A DNA stretch of 64,000 nucleotides from the human T2T-CHM13v2.0 reference genome, Homo sapiens, in assembly GCF_009914755.1 (NCBI RefSeq), contig NC_060925.1, one strand, 5' to 3'. Each line of letters begins with the position of its first letter. Positions within the stretch are counted from its first letter, which is position 1. Position numbers and translations under genes: made by a program. Shown here in pieces: positions 27,191 through 41,339 of this stretch. A model generated the notes under the pieces. The model worked only from the letters and a program-made list of their open reading frames with translations, searched no databases and was not told where the DNA came from.

Positions 27191-29809
27191 TTTGTTGTTT
27201 TAGTTTTTGTTTTTATTGTCCAATAAAACAAACGTTTTATTGGAAATAATATCTGCCAGAATCGGCCATATCTGCCATATCTGCCAGAATGGACGTTGCT
27301 TGGAAGGACCAAATAGTGTGTAGAAATTCACACTGTGAACTTTTTTCCAAGAAGCAACATAGGAACTTAATAGAAAACCAGAAAAACACACAGCCTCATT
27401 GAAAGAAGTGACAGGCTGCAGCCCACACTGTGAGACAGGTGACAAACTGTAAGTCCCAGAGAGTAAGAGGGGGAGAGACTGCCTCCAGGATACACATTCT
27501 GACCAGGAAACCTGAAAATCTAGGTCATAAGGCAAGGCCTTAACTCTACCTAGGGTTGAAACTGATTTAAGGAGCAGTGAGAAATATAAAAGTAGAAGCA
27601 GTGGTGGGAAATGCCTTTTGGGCATTCGCAGTCTCCAGCGTGAGCCAAGGAAAGCCATTTCCAATTATATCTCACAGAGGACCTTGGGGAAATCAGCCAA
27701 CTAGCTCAGAAAATGGTCACAGTTTGAAAGAAGTTCCCAACTGAATTTCACAATATAATATCAAGTGGGGATGAACTCTCTTGGCTAGAACCTGAGGGGT
27801 GAGCAGGAAGTGCACTGCATCCAGGGGCATGGGGGCAGCTGCTGTCTCCACAGAGAAAGCTCATGGCCTGGGGTAAGTTTGAGTTCTGAGCACAAGCTGC
27901 CTGGAACTTAGCCCAGTGCTGCTAGCGGAGCACTGTGAGAGCAAGATCTGCCTTGCCAACTGTGTGGGATCTGGGTGAGGCTTACTGCCGCTTATTACTC
28001 CCCACTTCCTGTGCAAACTTTTCTGTGCAGCAGAGACAGTTACACTCCCCTCTGGAACACCAAAACAGCAGCCTGAGAATTGCACACCCAACCCCACAAG
28101 GTCCATGGCTTGCCCCACACATGGTGAGTCAGAGCTCAGACCTGCTTGACCCAGCCCCTACCTAGCTGTCTGTGCCCCTCCACCTGTCCTTGGAGCTCAG
28201 CATGAAGGACAGAAAGTTTTGGGAGTTTTATGGTCCTGTCAATCATCTGAAAAACCAAAATACTTTCCCTGGGCAACATAGGGAAAGCTCAGATTCCATT
28301 GCTACTGCTGTAGCTGGTGCTGTTTTACAAGCGTCACACCGTGGCCAGGGGCCAACCAACACAGTTCATTACAGCATCTTTAGGTAGAATAACACTGTTC
28401 CTGGCAAGAAGAAAACCAGTGTGTTACCTTAGCTAAATTATTGTCTGCAACACCCTAGCTAACAAGGAGGTCCTGAGTCTGTCCACATAACCAGTTCACT
28501 ATTATTATAACCAGCATTTAAGAAATCTAACACACTAAGGCTATCTATAAGCTAGGAATCTCACAAAGTCTATGTCACTCCCCTCCCACCCCCATCACAG
28601 CTAGTGCTGGTACCCACTGCTGGGAGACTTGAGGACAGATCACATCACTGCCTGCCTTGCAGACATTCTCCAGCACCAGCCTGGATTGTGGCAGCCCCAC
28701 AGGGTGGCTCAGCTCAGAAGAGCAATAGCAATCATGGTAATCTGGCTCTCTGGAACTCCTACTCCTAGGGAAGGGGGAGAGCTCCACCTCAATGGAATAC
28801 CCTATAGGACAAAAGAATCCAGATGGCAGACATTGAGTTCCAGATTTTTCCACTGATGGGAAGTTTATTTCAGGAGAGATACAATTACAATGCTGGGCTC
28901 AGCAGAGAAAGTCTGAAGCTCTACCCCAACCGTCATGCAGCCTTGGTGCTTATGAAGGGTTTTGGGTTTTGGAGAAGGGGTCTACATTCCCCCTTTGTCC
29001 ACCACTGCAGACATGGCTTGGGCTTCTTCATGGGATCTTGGCATAGGTGCACCTACATACAGCCTTTCTAGAACCTTTCAGGTTGACTGCATCCCTATAA
29101 GAGGAGCACACCACAGGTTCAGGTTTGCATGAGAGGTGGACACACAATTCCTCTCTGCTGGGAACATCAACATTCCTACAGAAGAAGAGAGGTGCCTGTT
29201 TGATCTGGATAGCCAACTGGGACAGGAGTGAGTCTTGGATGTAGATAGCTCTTCTGCTGACCTGACAGGGGAGCTAAGGTGGATCTCATTCTTCCCCCTG
29301 AAAAGACCTCAGTGTGTCTAATTGGGAGCTCCTGTAGCTACCTTCATCAAGGCTGGGACCTCTGCCCATCATTGGGTATTGCATTTACCCACTTGCTTTA
29401 GCTACAACAGGTTCTTACCCAGGGATACCTCTCTTACTGGCCTGAAGCCTGAACCATAAACTCAGTAAAGAAAATACTGGGGAAAAACTGAATAAATAAA
29501 AAAGCATACACCACAAGGGAATGGGATAAGCTTCAAGAGACCTCTGTCATTCCATCCCCATAAGAGACAGTGAATTTGCCCACACAACAAGTACATAGCA
29601 ACTACAGCCATTATCTGATGAAGCCATCATACAGAGACTCTCCATAACCAAGAAACTCACAGAGTCTTCACCCCTAAAAGCACCAGGAATCAAATTAGGC
29701 TGTAACAAAGTATAAATATTAAAGTCACATCCTTAAGGGGAAAAAAAGAAATTAAACCAAACCCAGTCAAATCAAAAATAAATTCAAGAACAATTAGAAT
29801 AAATAGTCA

Positions 29810-30790
29810 ATGCAAATGAGAAGGAACCAGAAAAGTAATTTTGATAATATGAAAAAATATGGTTCTATAACACCCCTGAAAGATCACACTAGACTCCCAG
29901 CAATGACTCCAAACCAAACTGAAATCTTTGAAACAACAAATGAAGAATTTAGAATGTTGATTAAGCTATTCAAGCAGATACCAGAAAAAGGTGAAAACCA
30001 ACATAAATAAATTTCAAAACCAACTCAGGATATGAATTAAAAATTTTTCTAGAGAGGAAGATATAAAGAAAAGCCAGCAGAACTTCTGAAAATGAAAGAC
30101 ACACTTAGGGAAATACAAAATGCAGTGGAAAGTTTCAACAATATACTAAACAAGTAAATAAAATAATTTCAGAGTTTAGAGACAAGGCTTTCAAATAAAC
30201 TGATTCAAAGATAAAGGATAAAGCATCAAAGAGATGAACAAAATCTCCAAGAAATAAGGAATATGTAAAATGGCCAAATCTATGAATACTTGGTATTCCT
30301 GAGGGAGAAGAGAAGGCTGAAACTTTGGAAAACTTGTTTGAGGGAATAGCGGAGGAAAACTTCCCTGGCCTTACTAGAGATTTACATACCTAAATACAAG
30401 AAGCTCAAAGAACTCTTGGGAAATTCATGGCAAAAAGATATTCGTAAGTCACACAGTCATCAGCCCATGTAAAGTCAACATGAAGAAAAGAATTCTAAGA
30501 GACAAAAGCATCAGGTAACTTATAAAGAAAAATCTGTCATACTAACAGCAGACTCCTCAGTAAAACATTACAAGCTAGAAGGGATTGGGGTCCTATCTCT
30601 AACCTCCTTACACAGAGTAACTGTCAGCCAAAAATTTTGTATCTAGCAAAACTAAGTCTTATAAATGAAGGGGAAAAAAAGTCATTTTTAGACAAATCCT
30701 GAGGGAATTTGCCACTACCAAACCAACAATACAAGAAATGCTAAAAAGAGTTATGATTCTTGAAACAAAAGCTTGATATGCACCCAAATA
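29810..30790 (+). pseudogene. L1 ORF1p relic (frameshifted, stops)
   Basis: ORF track MQMRRNQKSNFDNMKKYGSITPLKDHTRLPAMTPNQTEIFE resembles the L1PB ORF1 N-terminus; broken downstream. Confidence 0.85.
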
Positions 30791-30872
30791 GCACCTCTTG
30801 AAAGCTTGAAACTCACAGGGCCTATATAATAATAACGCAATGAAAGAAAAAGGGTACCTAAGTAACAACTAA

Positions 30873-33800
30873 CATGGTGAATAAAGCATTATCTCACATC
30901 TCAGTATTAACAATTAATATAAATGGCCTAAATGTTCCACTTAAAAGATATGGATAAAAAAGATATGGATAAAAAAGAATGGATAAAAGACTCATAAACC
31001 AAGTATCTTCTGTCTTCAAGAGATTCACCTAACTTGTAAGTATTCATATAAAGTCAAGGGAAAGGCGTGGAAAAAGATATTCCACACAAATAGAAACCAA
31101 AAGTGAACAGCAGTAGCTATTCTTATATCAGACAAAACAGACTTTAAAGCAACAATAGTAAAAAAGAAAAAGGTCACTACATAATGAAAAAAAGATCAAT
31201 CCAACAAGAAGATATTGCAATTCTAATATATATGCACCTAGCACTGGAGCTACCAGATTCATAAAACAGTCACTACTAGACCTAGAATTGAGATAGACAA
31301 GAATACAGTAATAATGGGGAATGTCAGTACTTCACTGACAGCAATAGACTGATTATTGAGACATAAAGTCAAGAAAGAAGAAATTGACTTACATTGTATT
31401 CTAGAACAAACAAGCTTAACAGATACTTACAGAATATTCTACCCAACAACTGCAGAATATATTTCTTCTCATCATTACATGGAATATGCTCCAAGACAGA
31501 CCATATGACAGGCCACAAAAAAGTCTCAATAAATTTAAGATAATCAAAATACTATCAAATATCTTCTCAGACCACAATGGAATAAAATTATAAATCAACT
31601 CCTGAAGGAATTCTCAAAACTATATTAATGCATGGAAATTAACTAATCTGCTTCTAAATAATTTTTGGGTTAACAAATCAAGATGGAAATTTAAAAAAAT
31701 ATTTGATATAAATGATAATAGTGAAACAAATTATTGAAATTTCTGGGATATAGCAAAAGCAGTGTGAAAAGAACGTTTACAGTATTTAATGACTACATCA
31801 AAAAGTTAAAGAGCACAAATTGACAACCTAATGTCACATCTCAAGAACTAGAGAAACCAGGACAAACTAAAACCAAAGCCAGCGAAGAAAAAAAATAACA
31901 AAGATCAGGGCAGAATGAAATGAAATTAAAACCAAAAACATTACAAAAGATAAATGAAACAAAAAGCTGAGCTTTTGAAAAGATGAACAAAATGGATAGA
32001 TCATTAGTGATATTAACCAAGAAAAAAGATCCAAATAAGCTCAATTATAATTGAACCTGGAGGCATTACAACTGATACAACAGAAATACGAAAGATTATT
32101 TGAGACTGCTACACACAACTTTATGTGTACAAACTAGAATATATAGAGGAAATGGATAAATTCCTGGAAACAAACAACCCTCCTAGATTAAATTGGAAAG
32201 AAATAGAAACCATGAATAGATCAGTAACAGCAGCAAGATTGAATCAGTCATCAAAAAATTGCCAGCGAAAATAAAAAAGCCGAGGACCAGATAGATTCAC
32301 ATCTGAATTCTACCAGACAGTCAAAGACTTAGTACCAATCCTACTGAAACTATTCCTAAAGATTGAGAAAGAGGGACTCTTTCTTAAAGGATTCTATGAA
32401 GCCTGTATTAACCTAATATCAAAAAAGGAAAGTACCTTAAAAGAGTACAGATTAATATTCCTGATGAGCATACATTAAAAAATCCCCAACAAAATACTAG
32501 CTAACAAAATCCAATAGTACATCAAAAAGATAATACATTATGATGAAGTGCCTTTTATCCCAGGGATGTAGGAATGGTTTAACATATACAAGTCAATAAA
32601 TGTGATATATTGAATAACAGAATTAAAAACTATATGATCATGTCAATAGATACAGAAAAAGCATTCAATAAAATCCAGTATCCTTTTATGATAAAAACCT
32701 TCAATAAACAAGGCATAGAAGGGACTTACCTCAAAATAATAAAAGCCATATATGACACACCCACAGCTGACATTATACTGAGTGGGGAAATGTTGAAAGC
32801 TGGGAAAAGTTAAAAACTAGAATAAGCCAAGGACGCCCACTTTCAGCACTTCTATTCAATATAGTACTTGAATTCCTAGTCAGAGCAATCAGGGAAGAGA
32901 GAGAAGTAAAGGGCATTCAAGTTGGAAGGAAGGAAGTCGAACTAGAGCTGTTTGCCAATAATATAATCATATACCTAGAAAACCCTAAAAACTCATCCAA
33001 ATGACTCATTGATCTGATAAACAAAATCAATAAGGTCTCAGGTACAAAATTAATGTACACAAATCAGTAGCACTGCTATACATCAACAATGACCAAATGC
33101 AGAATCAGATAAAGAACTTAATCCCCTTTACAATAGGTACAAAAAGAAAAAAATTCCCTAAGAATATACTTAAACAAGGAGGTGAAAGATCTCTCCAAGG
33201 AAACATACAAAACACTGCTGAATCAAATAAAAAATGACACAAAGTAAAGGTGACACATCCCATGCTCATGGATGGGAAGATCTTGTATTGTGAAAATGAC
33301 CATATTGCGTAAAGCAACCTACAGATTCAATGTAATTCCATCAATATACCATCATCATTTTTCACAGAACTATAAAAGCAATTCTAAAATTCACATGAAA
33401 CCAACAAAGAGCCCACATAACAAAATACTGAGTGAAAAAGCAATACTGAATGAAAATAATAAATCTGGGGGTATCACATAACTGGGCTTCAAATTATACT
33501 GCAAGGCTGTAGTTACCAAAAATGCATGGCACTGGTATAAAAGTAGGCACATAAACCAATGGAACAGAATAGAGAACCCAGAAATAAAGCCAAATACTTA
33601 AGTGCCAACTGATTTTCGACAGAGCAAACAAAATCAGAGTGGGGAAAGGACACCCTAGTCAACAAATGGTACTGGGAAAACTGGCAAGCCAAATGTAGAA
33701 GAATGAAACTGGATCCTTATCTCTCACCTTATACAAAAATCAACTCAAGTCGGATCAAGAACTTAAATCCAAGACCTGAAACCATAAGCATTCTAAAAAT

Positions 33801-34680
33801 AACATTGAAAAAATTTTTCTGGAAATTGGCTTCAGCAAAGAATTTATGACTAAGACTCCAAAAGTAAAAGCAACAAAACAACAAATAAATAAAATATACC
33901 TAATTAAACTAATAACCTTATGCACAGCAAAATAAATAATCAGCAGAGTAAACAGACAATCCACAGAGTGGGAGAAAATATTTGCATCCAACAAACGACT
34001 AGTATCCAAAATCCACAAGAAACTCAAACAAATCAGGAAGGAAAAAAAAATCCCATAAAAAAAGTGGACAAAAGATATGAATAGATATTTCTCAGAAAAA
34101 TATATACAAATAGCCAACAAACGTATTTAAAAAAGCTCAACTTCACTAATCATCAGCGAAATGCAAATTAAAACCACAGTGAGATATTATCTTACTTTTG
34201 CAAAAATGGCCATAATTAAAAATTCAACAAACAATAGATGTTGGCTTGGATGTGATGAAAAGGGAACACTTTTTCACTGCTGGTAGGAATGTAAATTACT
34301 ACAACCTTTATGGAAAACAGTATGGAGATTTCTTAAAGAACTAAAAGTTGCTCTACCATTTGATCCAGCATCCCCACTACTGGATATATACCCAAACAAA
34401 TATAGGTTATTACATGGAAAGACACATGCACATTCATGTTTGTAGCAGCACAGTTCACAATTGCAAAGGTGTGGAACCAACCTAAGTGTCTATTAACCAA
34501 AGAGTAGATAAAGAAAATGAAGTATATATATACCATGGAACTCTACTCAGCCGTAAAGATAAGCAAAATAATATATTTTGCAGCAACTTGGATGGAGATA
34601 GAGGACATTAGTCTAAGTGAAGTAACTCAGGAACATAAAACCAAAAATCTTATGTTCTCACTTCTAAGTGGGAACTAAGC
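30873..34680 (+). pseudogene. L1 ORF2p (endonuclease/RT) relic
   Basis: Fragments such as [24 protein letters not shown]; RT FADD motif decayed to FANN (TTTGCCAATAAT, 32951-32962); many stops. Confidence 0.88.
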
Positions 34681-34934
34681 TATGAGGACGCAAAGACATG
34701 CAGAGTGATATAGTGGACTCTGGGGACTCAGGAGGGGAGGGTGGATGGGGGTGAGGGATAAAAGAACACGAATTGGGAACAGGGTACACTGCTCAGGTAA
34801 TGGGTGCACTAAAATTTCAGAATTCACCACTATACAATTTGTTTATGTAACCAAAAACCACTTGTACTTTAAAAACTATCGAAATAAAAAAGAAAAATGA
34901 AAAATATATAAAAATGTTAATCTCTCTTTTTTTA

Positions 34935-35227
34935 TCCTAAATATGTCAGTGTATTTTTTTTTTTAGAAAAAAGACCCTCTCTTACATAAACCCAGTACAG
35001 TTATAAAAACCTAGAAGACTTGGGTATAATTCTACTATCTAACCCACAGTCTACATTTATATTTCACCGGTTGTCCCAACAATGTCCTAATTTATAGCTA
35101 TATTTGTTATCCCAGTCCAGAATCCAATCTAGATTTACAAGTTTAATTTCTGTATGATATATCTTAGGGTCTCCTCTTTTTTGGAGTAGTTCTTCAGCCA
35201 TATTTTATGTTTCATGACCAAGATATT
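34935..35227 (-). mobile_element. L1MC4/5-like 3'UTR fragment (probable 3' transduction)
   Basis: CTCTCTTACATAAACCCAGTAC, GTTGTCCCAACAATGTCC, CCAGTCCAGAATCCAATC; lacks its own terminus. Confidence 0.7.
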
Positions 35228-35600
35228 TTATTTTTTAATGAATCTTATTGGGTATATTTAAGGTACAAATGATGTTACATGATACATATAAATAGTAAAA
35301 AGGTTACTATAGTAAAGCAAATCCACAGATTCATCAGCTCATAGTACACTTTTTTGATTTGTTTTTGAAGTAAAAGCAGCTAAAATCTAATCATTTAGCA
35401 TAAATCCCAAATACATTACAGTACAGGTTTATTACCTACATCCCTCAGAGAATACATTAGATCTCTAGACTTCTTCATCCTACATATATGCTACTTCGTA
35501 TCCTCTGACATACATATCTCCATACCTGCCACCTGACCCCACTCCTGATGATCAGTTTTATTCTCTATCACTGTACATTAATTTTTTAGAGTCTACATTT
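35228..35600 (-). mobile_element. L1MA (L1MA8/9-like) 3' end; non-inverted part of a 5'-inverted insertion
   Basis: TATATTTAAGGTACAAATGATGTT...CATTAGATCTCTAGACTT...TTTTAGAGTCTACAT. Confidence 0.8.
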
Positions 35601-37086
<1,486 letters not shown>

Positions 37087-37092
37087 CATTTC

Positions 37093-37204
37093 AATGTTAA
37101 TCTCATCTAAATAAACAACCTCACAGAAACATCCAGAAGTATGTTTAAACAAACATCTGGGCATCATAGCTCAGCCTAGTAAACACACAAAAGTAACTAT
37201 CACA
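37093..37204 (-). mobile_element. MLT2 LTR, right part (continuation of 26871-27190)
   Basis: AATGTTAATCTCATCTAAATAAACAACCTCACAGAAACATCCAGAA...AACTATCACA terminus. Confidence 0.85.
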
Positions 37205-37499
37205 CATAGGTATTAAGTTTGGCTAACAAATTATGGCTCTTTCATCCCCTGGCAATTGGACCAGAAATATATGTGACTGACGTAGAGCCAAGGAGAGTCT
37301 TTCTTAGGAACGAATAAGGGACCAAGATTTTTTCTGCCTCTCTCCTTTTGGGTCTATAGGCTGAGATCTTCTGAAATCTAGGATATATTTTTCCCCACCA
37401 TCCACAGAATAAAGTCAGCATAGCATGTTCTAGTTCTATAGAGATATAAAGAGGGGGATTTCTGACAATATTGAATAATTATGTAGATACAGGTATATC

Positions 37500-37563
37500 A
37501 AAAGGCACTAAAATGTTGAGGCTGTTTTTGACTGCAGCATAACCCAGGCCATCCTGACAAATA
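37500..37563 (+). mobile_element. MLT1-type LTR 3' terminus
   Basis: ACTGCAGCATAACCCAGGCCATCCTGACAAATA resembles the MLT1J terminal motif. Confidence 0.6.
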
Positions 37564-38489
37564 TTTCATCAGCTAATAACCACTCCTTCCCCACACACAC
37601 CATTTTGCAATGTATGCTTTATTAATTCTCTTTACTGTATAAGATATTGGAATTTCTGTTAAAGAACATTTTTTAAAATTATTTTTAATCTTTTGTACTT
37701 CAAATATCTATGATTCCTTGGCAGCACCCACACATTCTGTGTCCTCTTAAATATCATTGAGGAAAGTGTTGATTATATTATGACTGCTCTACAGAAACTC
37801 AAGTGCAACAGAACAGCAACCACTGCTACCTGCAGAGTTTGAGAATTAAAATATAATATACTGGCTGTGTCTGATGATTTAGAAAACAATAGGTCAGCAT
37901 TTACCAGTCACTAAAAAATAAGACTTGCAAAGCACAGCATCATGCCAAAACCACCATCTAAAGGATTATTATAAGCAAACTGAAAAAGGCATATTATAGA
38001 CTATTGATAACTATAACAACATTAGCTTCAGGAATAAAGATAAAACACCTTTTAATTACTAATTATTATTCTAATTTGTATTATTATATTTGATTCTCAC
38101 ATTAACCATGTTACATAGGTAAAGCAAGCTTTTGCTTTAAAGATATACTTTTCCCTGCATGTGAAACCACATTACTCCTGCCTACATCAGGCAAACAAGT
38201 CCATCCTTAGTGAGCAGTGGGGGTTTAAAGAACTCTTCACAACTGATGCTGCTGTTTCAAGTCAACCATTTGGTTACTCCTGCTCCATTTCTACCTCTAT
38301 AATGGAACATTTATTTTGTACTTGTTACCAAGTCCCCTGCTTAATTCTGTTTTCTCATTTGTTTATGTCAAAAAAGTATAATGTAGAAACCCATCTGATG
38401 CAATAATATTGTTTTTTTTCCTTGCCTTAAGGGAGCAAACCCCACCCTCCATGCAGGTTCCTGTGCATCCAACTCTTGGTGACCGCAGC

Positions 38490-38680
38490 ATGCTAATGTG
38501 TAGCATGCAATCTGGAGTCATAATGAAGCTGATTTGCTATTAAGCATGACAACACTTTGTACACCCATTTCTTCATCAGCAAAATTAGAGTAACTAGTAT
38601 TTGCCTCACTTTGTTTGAAAGGAGATGATACTGTTTTTGTGCTTAGTATAAAGCTTGATATATAATAAGAACTCAGGAGA
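38490..38680 (+). mobile_element. MIR
   Basis: TCTGGAGTCA...TTTCTTCATCAGCAAAATTAGAGTAA...GTGCTTAGTATA. Confidence 0.6.
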
Positions 38681-39626
38681 TAACAATATCCCATTTCTGT
38701 CCTTTATCTATTAATCACACTATATTTTACTGTTCAGTATTGTTTGCGCTAATCATTTCATTTCTCCACACTAACCTGACCCAGTGGGTATTCTACATTT
38801 TAGCTGCTATAGACAATTCACCAACTTCAAATAGAAAGTTTATAGATAGTATAAATGAGAAGTTAGAAATGTGTTTCATAAACACACTCATCCACATAGG
38901 CTTATGTATATGAACTCATGTATATTTAAGTTGAATATAAATGGGTCCTCAATTTATCAGAATCTTGTAGTCAGAGAATTATTTCTTCTATATTGTCCAG
39001 TGGACTGAAATCTGCATGCTTCTTAAAATACAATACACAAGAAGTTAAAAATTAGTCTTAATGAAAGTGCATATACTGCAAGCCAAAAAGGTAAAATGTG
39101 CCACATGTTAAATAACAAAAAAACTCCTAAGAAATAATTTACTCTTTAAGAAACAATATAATTCCTATTACATATTCACTTCTAACTACAAAATTCAAAT
39201 AACTGGTTATTTTAATTCATTTACATAAAATACTGAGCTGATTGAATAGAATATACACGGCATGCAGATTTTGCAGAAATTTTCTATGGTCAATTAAAAT
39301 ACATTAAAGGAAAATTGTTAAACTATTTAGTACATCTTTAAAACTGCTTTTAGAGCTATCCTATAATGCCCTAGAGTTCATTCCATAGCAGGCTATTATA
39401 ATCCCACATTTATAAAGCATTGTCAAGGAATGAGTTAATCCCTATAAATAATAAATAGAAGAAGTATTTCCAAAGAACTAAGCCATTATTTATAAATGTT
39501 TCTATTTTTGTATTTTATCAATCTTTTGGTGGAAATCTTTCTAACACTTCTGTTAAGGTTCCTGCTCTCAATATATATAATTTATCATATCCTTCCATGT
39601 ACTTCTCTATAGTGCTATTTATCTTT

Positions 39627-40165
39627 TTTTAATTGTTGTACTTTAAGTTCTACAGTACACGTGCAAAACGTGCAGGTTTGTTACATATGTATACATGTGC
39701 CGTGTTGGTTTGCTGTACTTATTAACTCGTCATTTACATTAGGTATTTCTCCTAATGCTATCCCTCCCCCAGCTCCCCACCCCATGACAGGCCCCAGTGT
39801 ATGATGTTCCCCGCCCTGTGTCCAAGTATTCTCATTGTTCAATTCCCACTTATGAGTGAGAACATGCGGTGTTTGGTTTTCTGTCCTTGTGATACTTTGC
39901 TCAGAATGATGATTTCCAGCTTCATCCATGTCCCTACAAAGGACATGAACTCATCCATTTTTATGGCTTCGTAGTATTCCATGGTGTATATGTGCCACAT
40001 TTTCTTAATCCAGTCTATCATTGATGGGCATTTGGGTTGGTTCCAAGTCTTTGCTATTGTGAATAGTGCCACCATACACATATGTGTGCATGTGTCTTTA
40101 TAGTAGCATGATTTATAATCCTTTGGGTATATACCCAGTAATGGGATTGCTGGGTCAAATGGTAT
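39627..40165 (-). mobile_element. L1PA6-like 3' end, 5'-truncated
   Basis: ORF2 C-terminal peptide (FTIAKTWNQPKCPSMIDWIKKMWHIYTMEYY); perfect 17-bp TSD TAGTGCTATTTATCTTT (39610-39626, 40166-40182) at a TTT/AA endonuclease site. Confidence 0.95.
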
Positions 40166-41339
40166 TAGTGCTATTTATCTTTAAGTGAAAAGAGGATTCT
40201 AAACTATTTTGGCCTGCTTTACTTGTAGAAAATATATCTAATAAGTGCTGAACCTCCTAAAGTAGACTAGATAATGACTGTTGCATTAGTCTAGGTTTGC
40301 TGTTCCCACATTATTTGGTTCAAAGATAAATGTGATATGCAAATGTGTATGAAAAACTGAAACTGCAGTTCAATTAAACTCAGAGGTAAAGGACCCTGGT
40401 TTACGTTTTAATGTTTGAAAAAGGCAAGACAATATAACTTCCTTTTCCCTCATCTTCCTGGTAGCAGCTGGTATATTTCTTGCACTGGTCCTTGATCCTC
40501 CAGAAGATACTCTGTGACTCATGCCAGGAAGTCCACAAGTCCACCATTTACTACCCAATTGCTATGTTTGGTGACATCAGTAGCAGAGACATGCATGATG
40601 AAGTGAAGCAATAGAGTATAATATTCACTAGTAATCATAAGATAACTATGCTATGGCAAATTATTTGGGCCAGTAATTGGCCAAAATAATTTAAAACTTA
40701 CCATTGTTATGTTAAGTAATAGGAGTTTTCAAGTGTTCAGTTGATACCTACCATTTACCCACAACAAAGGAAGGACATATAAATGTATAACTGAAAGTTC
40801 TTAAGCATCTTTCTTCAAAACGTGAAAACAAACTAAGGATCATATTTAGAAAGCAAGTACATTGAAGACAATAGATCATACATACAATGGAAATGGCATT
40901 ATCTCCTCTGTTTGAACAGAAAATAAAATATGATAGAAAGTAAATGAAATGTGTAATAGTATAATTGTCATTAAAATGTTTTTGTGTCCCTATCTTTGGA
41001 GATTATATAAAGGTTCGTGCAGTTCCAATTGTGTTGATGTAAGGAAAGAGCAGTTGTCCTCGGTTTTGGGAGGGGGAGTCTCATTAATTTTGACATGGGT
41101 GTCACAGGAATTTTCTTTGAAGCTGGACCTCCAAAAATTCTTCCTGATGGTTACATTCAATATGTTGAACAGGCTAGGTTAACAAAATGGCATACTCAAA
41201 GCTCTTGAATATAACACAATTTCTAAATATATATGCAACCCCTATATAAGAAGATGTTATCACCAAGAACATTTCTTGGTGGCCCTGGAGAGTTCATCGA
41301 TATTGCTGGGCAGGTATCTGCTGCAGTTATGTGATAGGC

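Larger units (their letters stand above)
27290..34911 (+). mobile_element. Near full-length, inactive L1PB2-like LINE-1
   Basis: Long 5'UTR, ORF1 and ORF2 relics, L1PB-type 3'UTR (GCTATGAGGACGCAAAG...GGTGCACTAAAATTTCAGAATTCACCAC), A-rich tail; TSD AAATGTTAATCTC at 27176 and 34912. Confidence 0.92.

Noticed and set aside
27200-27664. 154-aa minus-strand ORF with a hydrophobic stretch
   Set aside because: Antisense to the L1 5'UTR and junction filler; no splice or homology support.
30943-30990. 15-bp unit AAAAGATATGGATAA repeated ~3 times at the L1 ORF2 start
   Set aside because: Local slippage in a dead L1; no functional implication.
27290-34911. Active full-length L1
   Set aside because: ORF1 and ORF2 are fragmented, the RT FADD motif is lost, and the subfamily is old.
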